DNA of 63,537 nt, the filler included, from Folioceros fuciformis (taxonomy: Eukaryota), in assembly GCA_049999805.1 (NCBI GenBank). It is 6 parts of 6 records of this genome, joined end to end, with 100 filler letters (N's around TTAATTAATTAA, not from the genome) between each part and the next. Parts side by side here need not be neighbours in the genome. Positions count along the whole stretch, not along the records: positions 61,774 to 63,537 come from JBNGIO010005253.1; 5 more parts are not named here. The stretch is one strand, 5' to 3'. Under the pieces are notes generated by a model, which was given only the letters and a program-made list of their open reading frames with translations, did no database searches and had not been told where the DNA came from. Numbering within the stretch: position 1 is the first letter of the stretch; each line of letters opens with the position of its first letter. Shown piece after piece: positions 63,116 to 63,537 of this stretch. A program made the translations under genes and the position numbers.

Positions 63116-63537
63116 ATGGAGGGTGGTTCATCAGGGCTTAGGCCGGAGAAATTCTCAGGCAGACCAAGCACCCAATCCTTAAGGGACTTTCGCTTGTTCA
63201 TCAATGCAGTCATCGGCAGGGTGAAGTTCAAACATGGTGCTGCCTACAACCACCAGTACATGTTTGAACAGTTGTCCACCTACTTAGCAGATGAGGCATT
63301 GGATTTGTATGAGGCTCACCAGGCTGAGCTGTCGGGCACAATTGCCACTCCTAACCCAGCCCATCACTCGGCTCTACAGTTGGCATATAATGCCAAACTG
63401 GCAGCAGCCATTAACGACCATCAGGCGGAGATTGTAGCCAAGACCATCTCCGCCACCACACCACCTCCAACGATGGTGAATTTGACACTAGCAGAGCGGG
63501 CTACTGCCACAGCTGGTGTGCAAGAGTTTCTACACAC
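63116..63537 (+). mobile_element. Gag-like ORF of an LTR retroelement (3' truncated)
   Basis: Open from ATG to the window end: MEGGSSGLRPEKFSG..SLRDF..QLSTYLADEALDLYE, resembling gag capsid N-termini (P.KFSG / L...AL..Y). Confidence 0.5.

Overview
Eukaryotic land-plant nuclear DNA. The compact genes, roughly 90-200 nt GT-AG introns and a KP-type DYW PPR gene suggest a seed-free plant, most plausibly a hornwort (inference). The window is not contiguous: five artificial 100-nt linkers (N44-TTAATTAATTAA-N44) join six scaffold pieces. Piece 1 (1-15476): the 3' ~10.4 kb of coding sequence of a giant (>3400 aa) filamin/Ig-repeat + REJ protein, an AT-hook ORF and a chromovirus remnant. Piece 2: a decayed PIF/Harbinger element and a coiled-coil gene. 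Piece 3: DUF7869/Sola-like, MULE and Copia remnants, a PLS-PPR DYW:KP gene (candidate U-to-C RNA editing factor) head-to-head with GLDH, and an ANKRD13-family gene. Piece 4: a Gypsy element nested in a Copia element. Piece 5: an IRKI/GIL1-like gene, an orphan ORF, VMS1/ANKZF1 head-to-head with RPL37, and a secreted BURP protein with an extreme Met-rich repeat region. Piece 6: a repeat region and a gag-like ORF. The three most interesting items are the Met-rich BURP protein, the DYW:KP editor with an unusual C-terminus, and the giant filamin-REJ protein. Exon boundaries were read by eye and family calls rest on motif recognition; no database searches were run.
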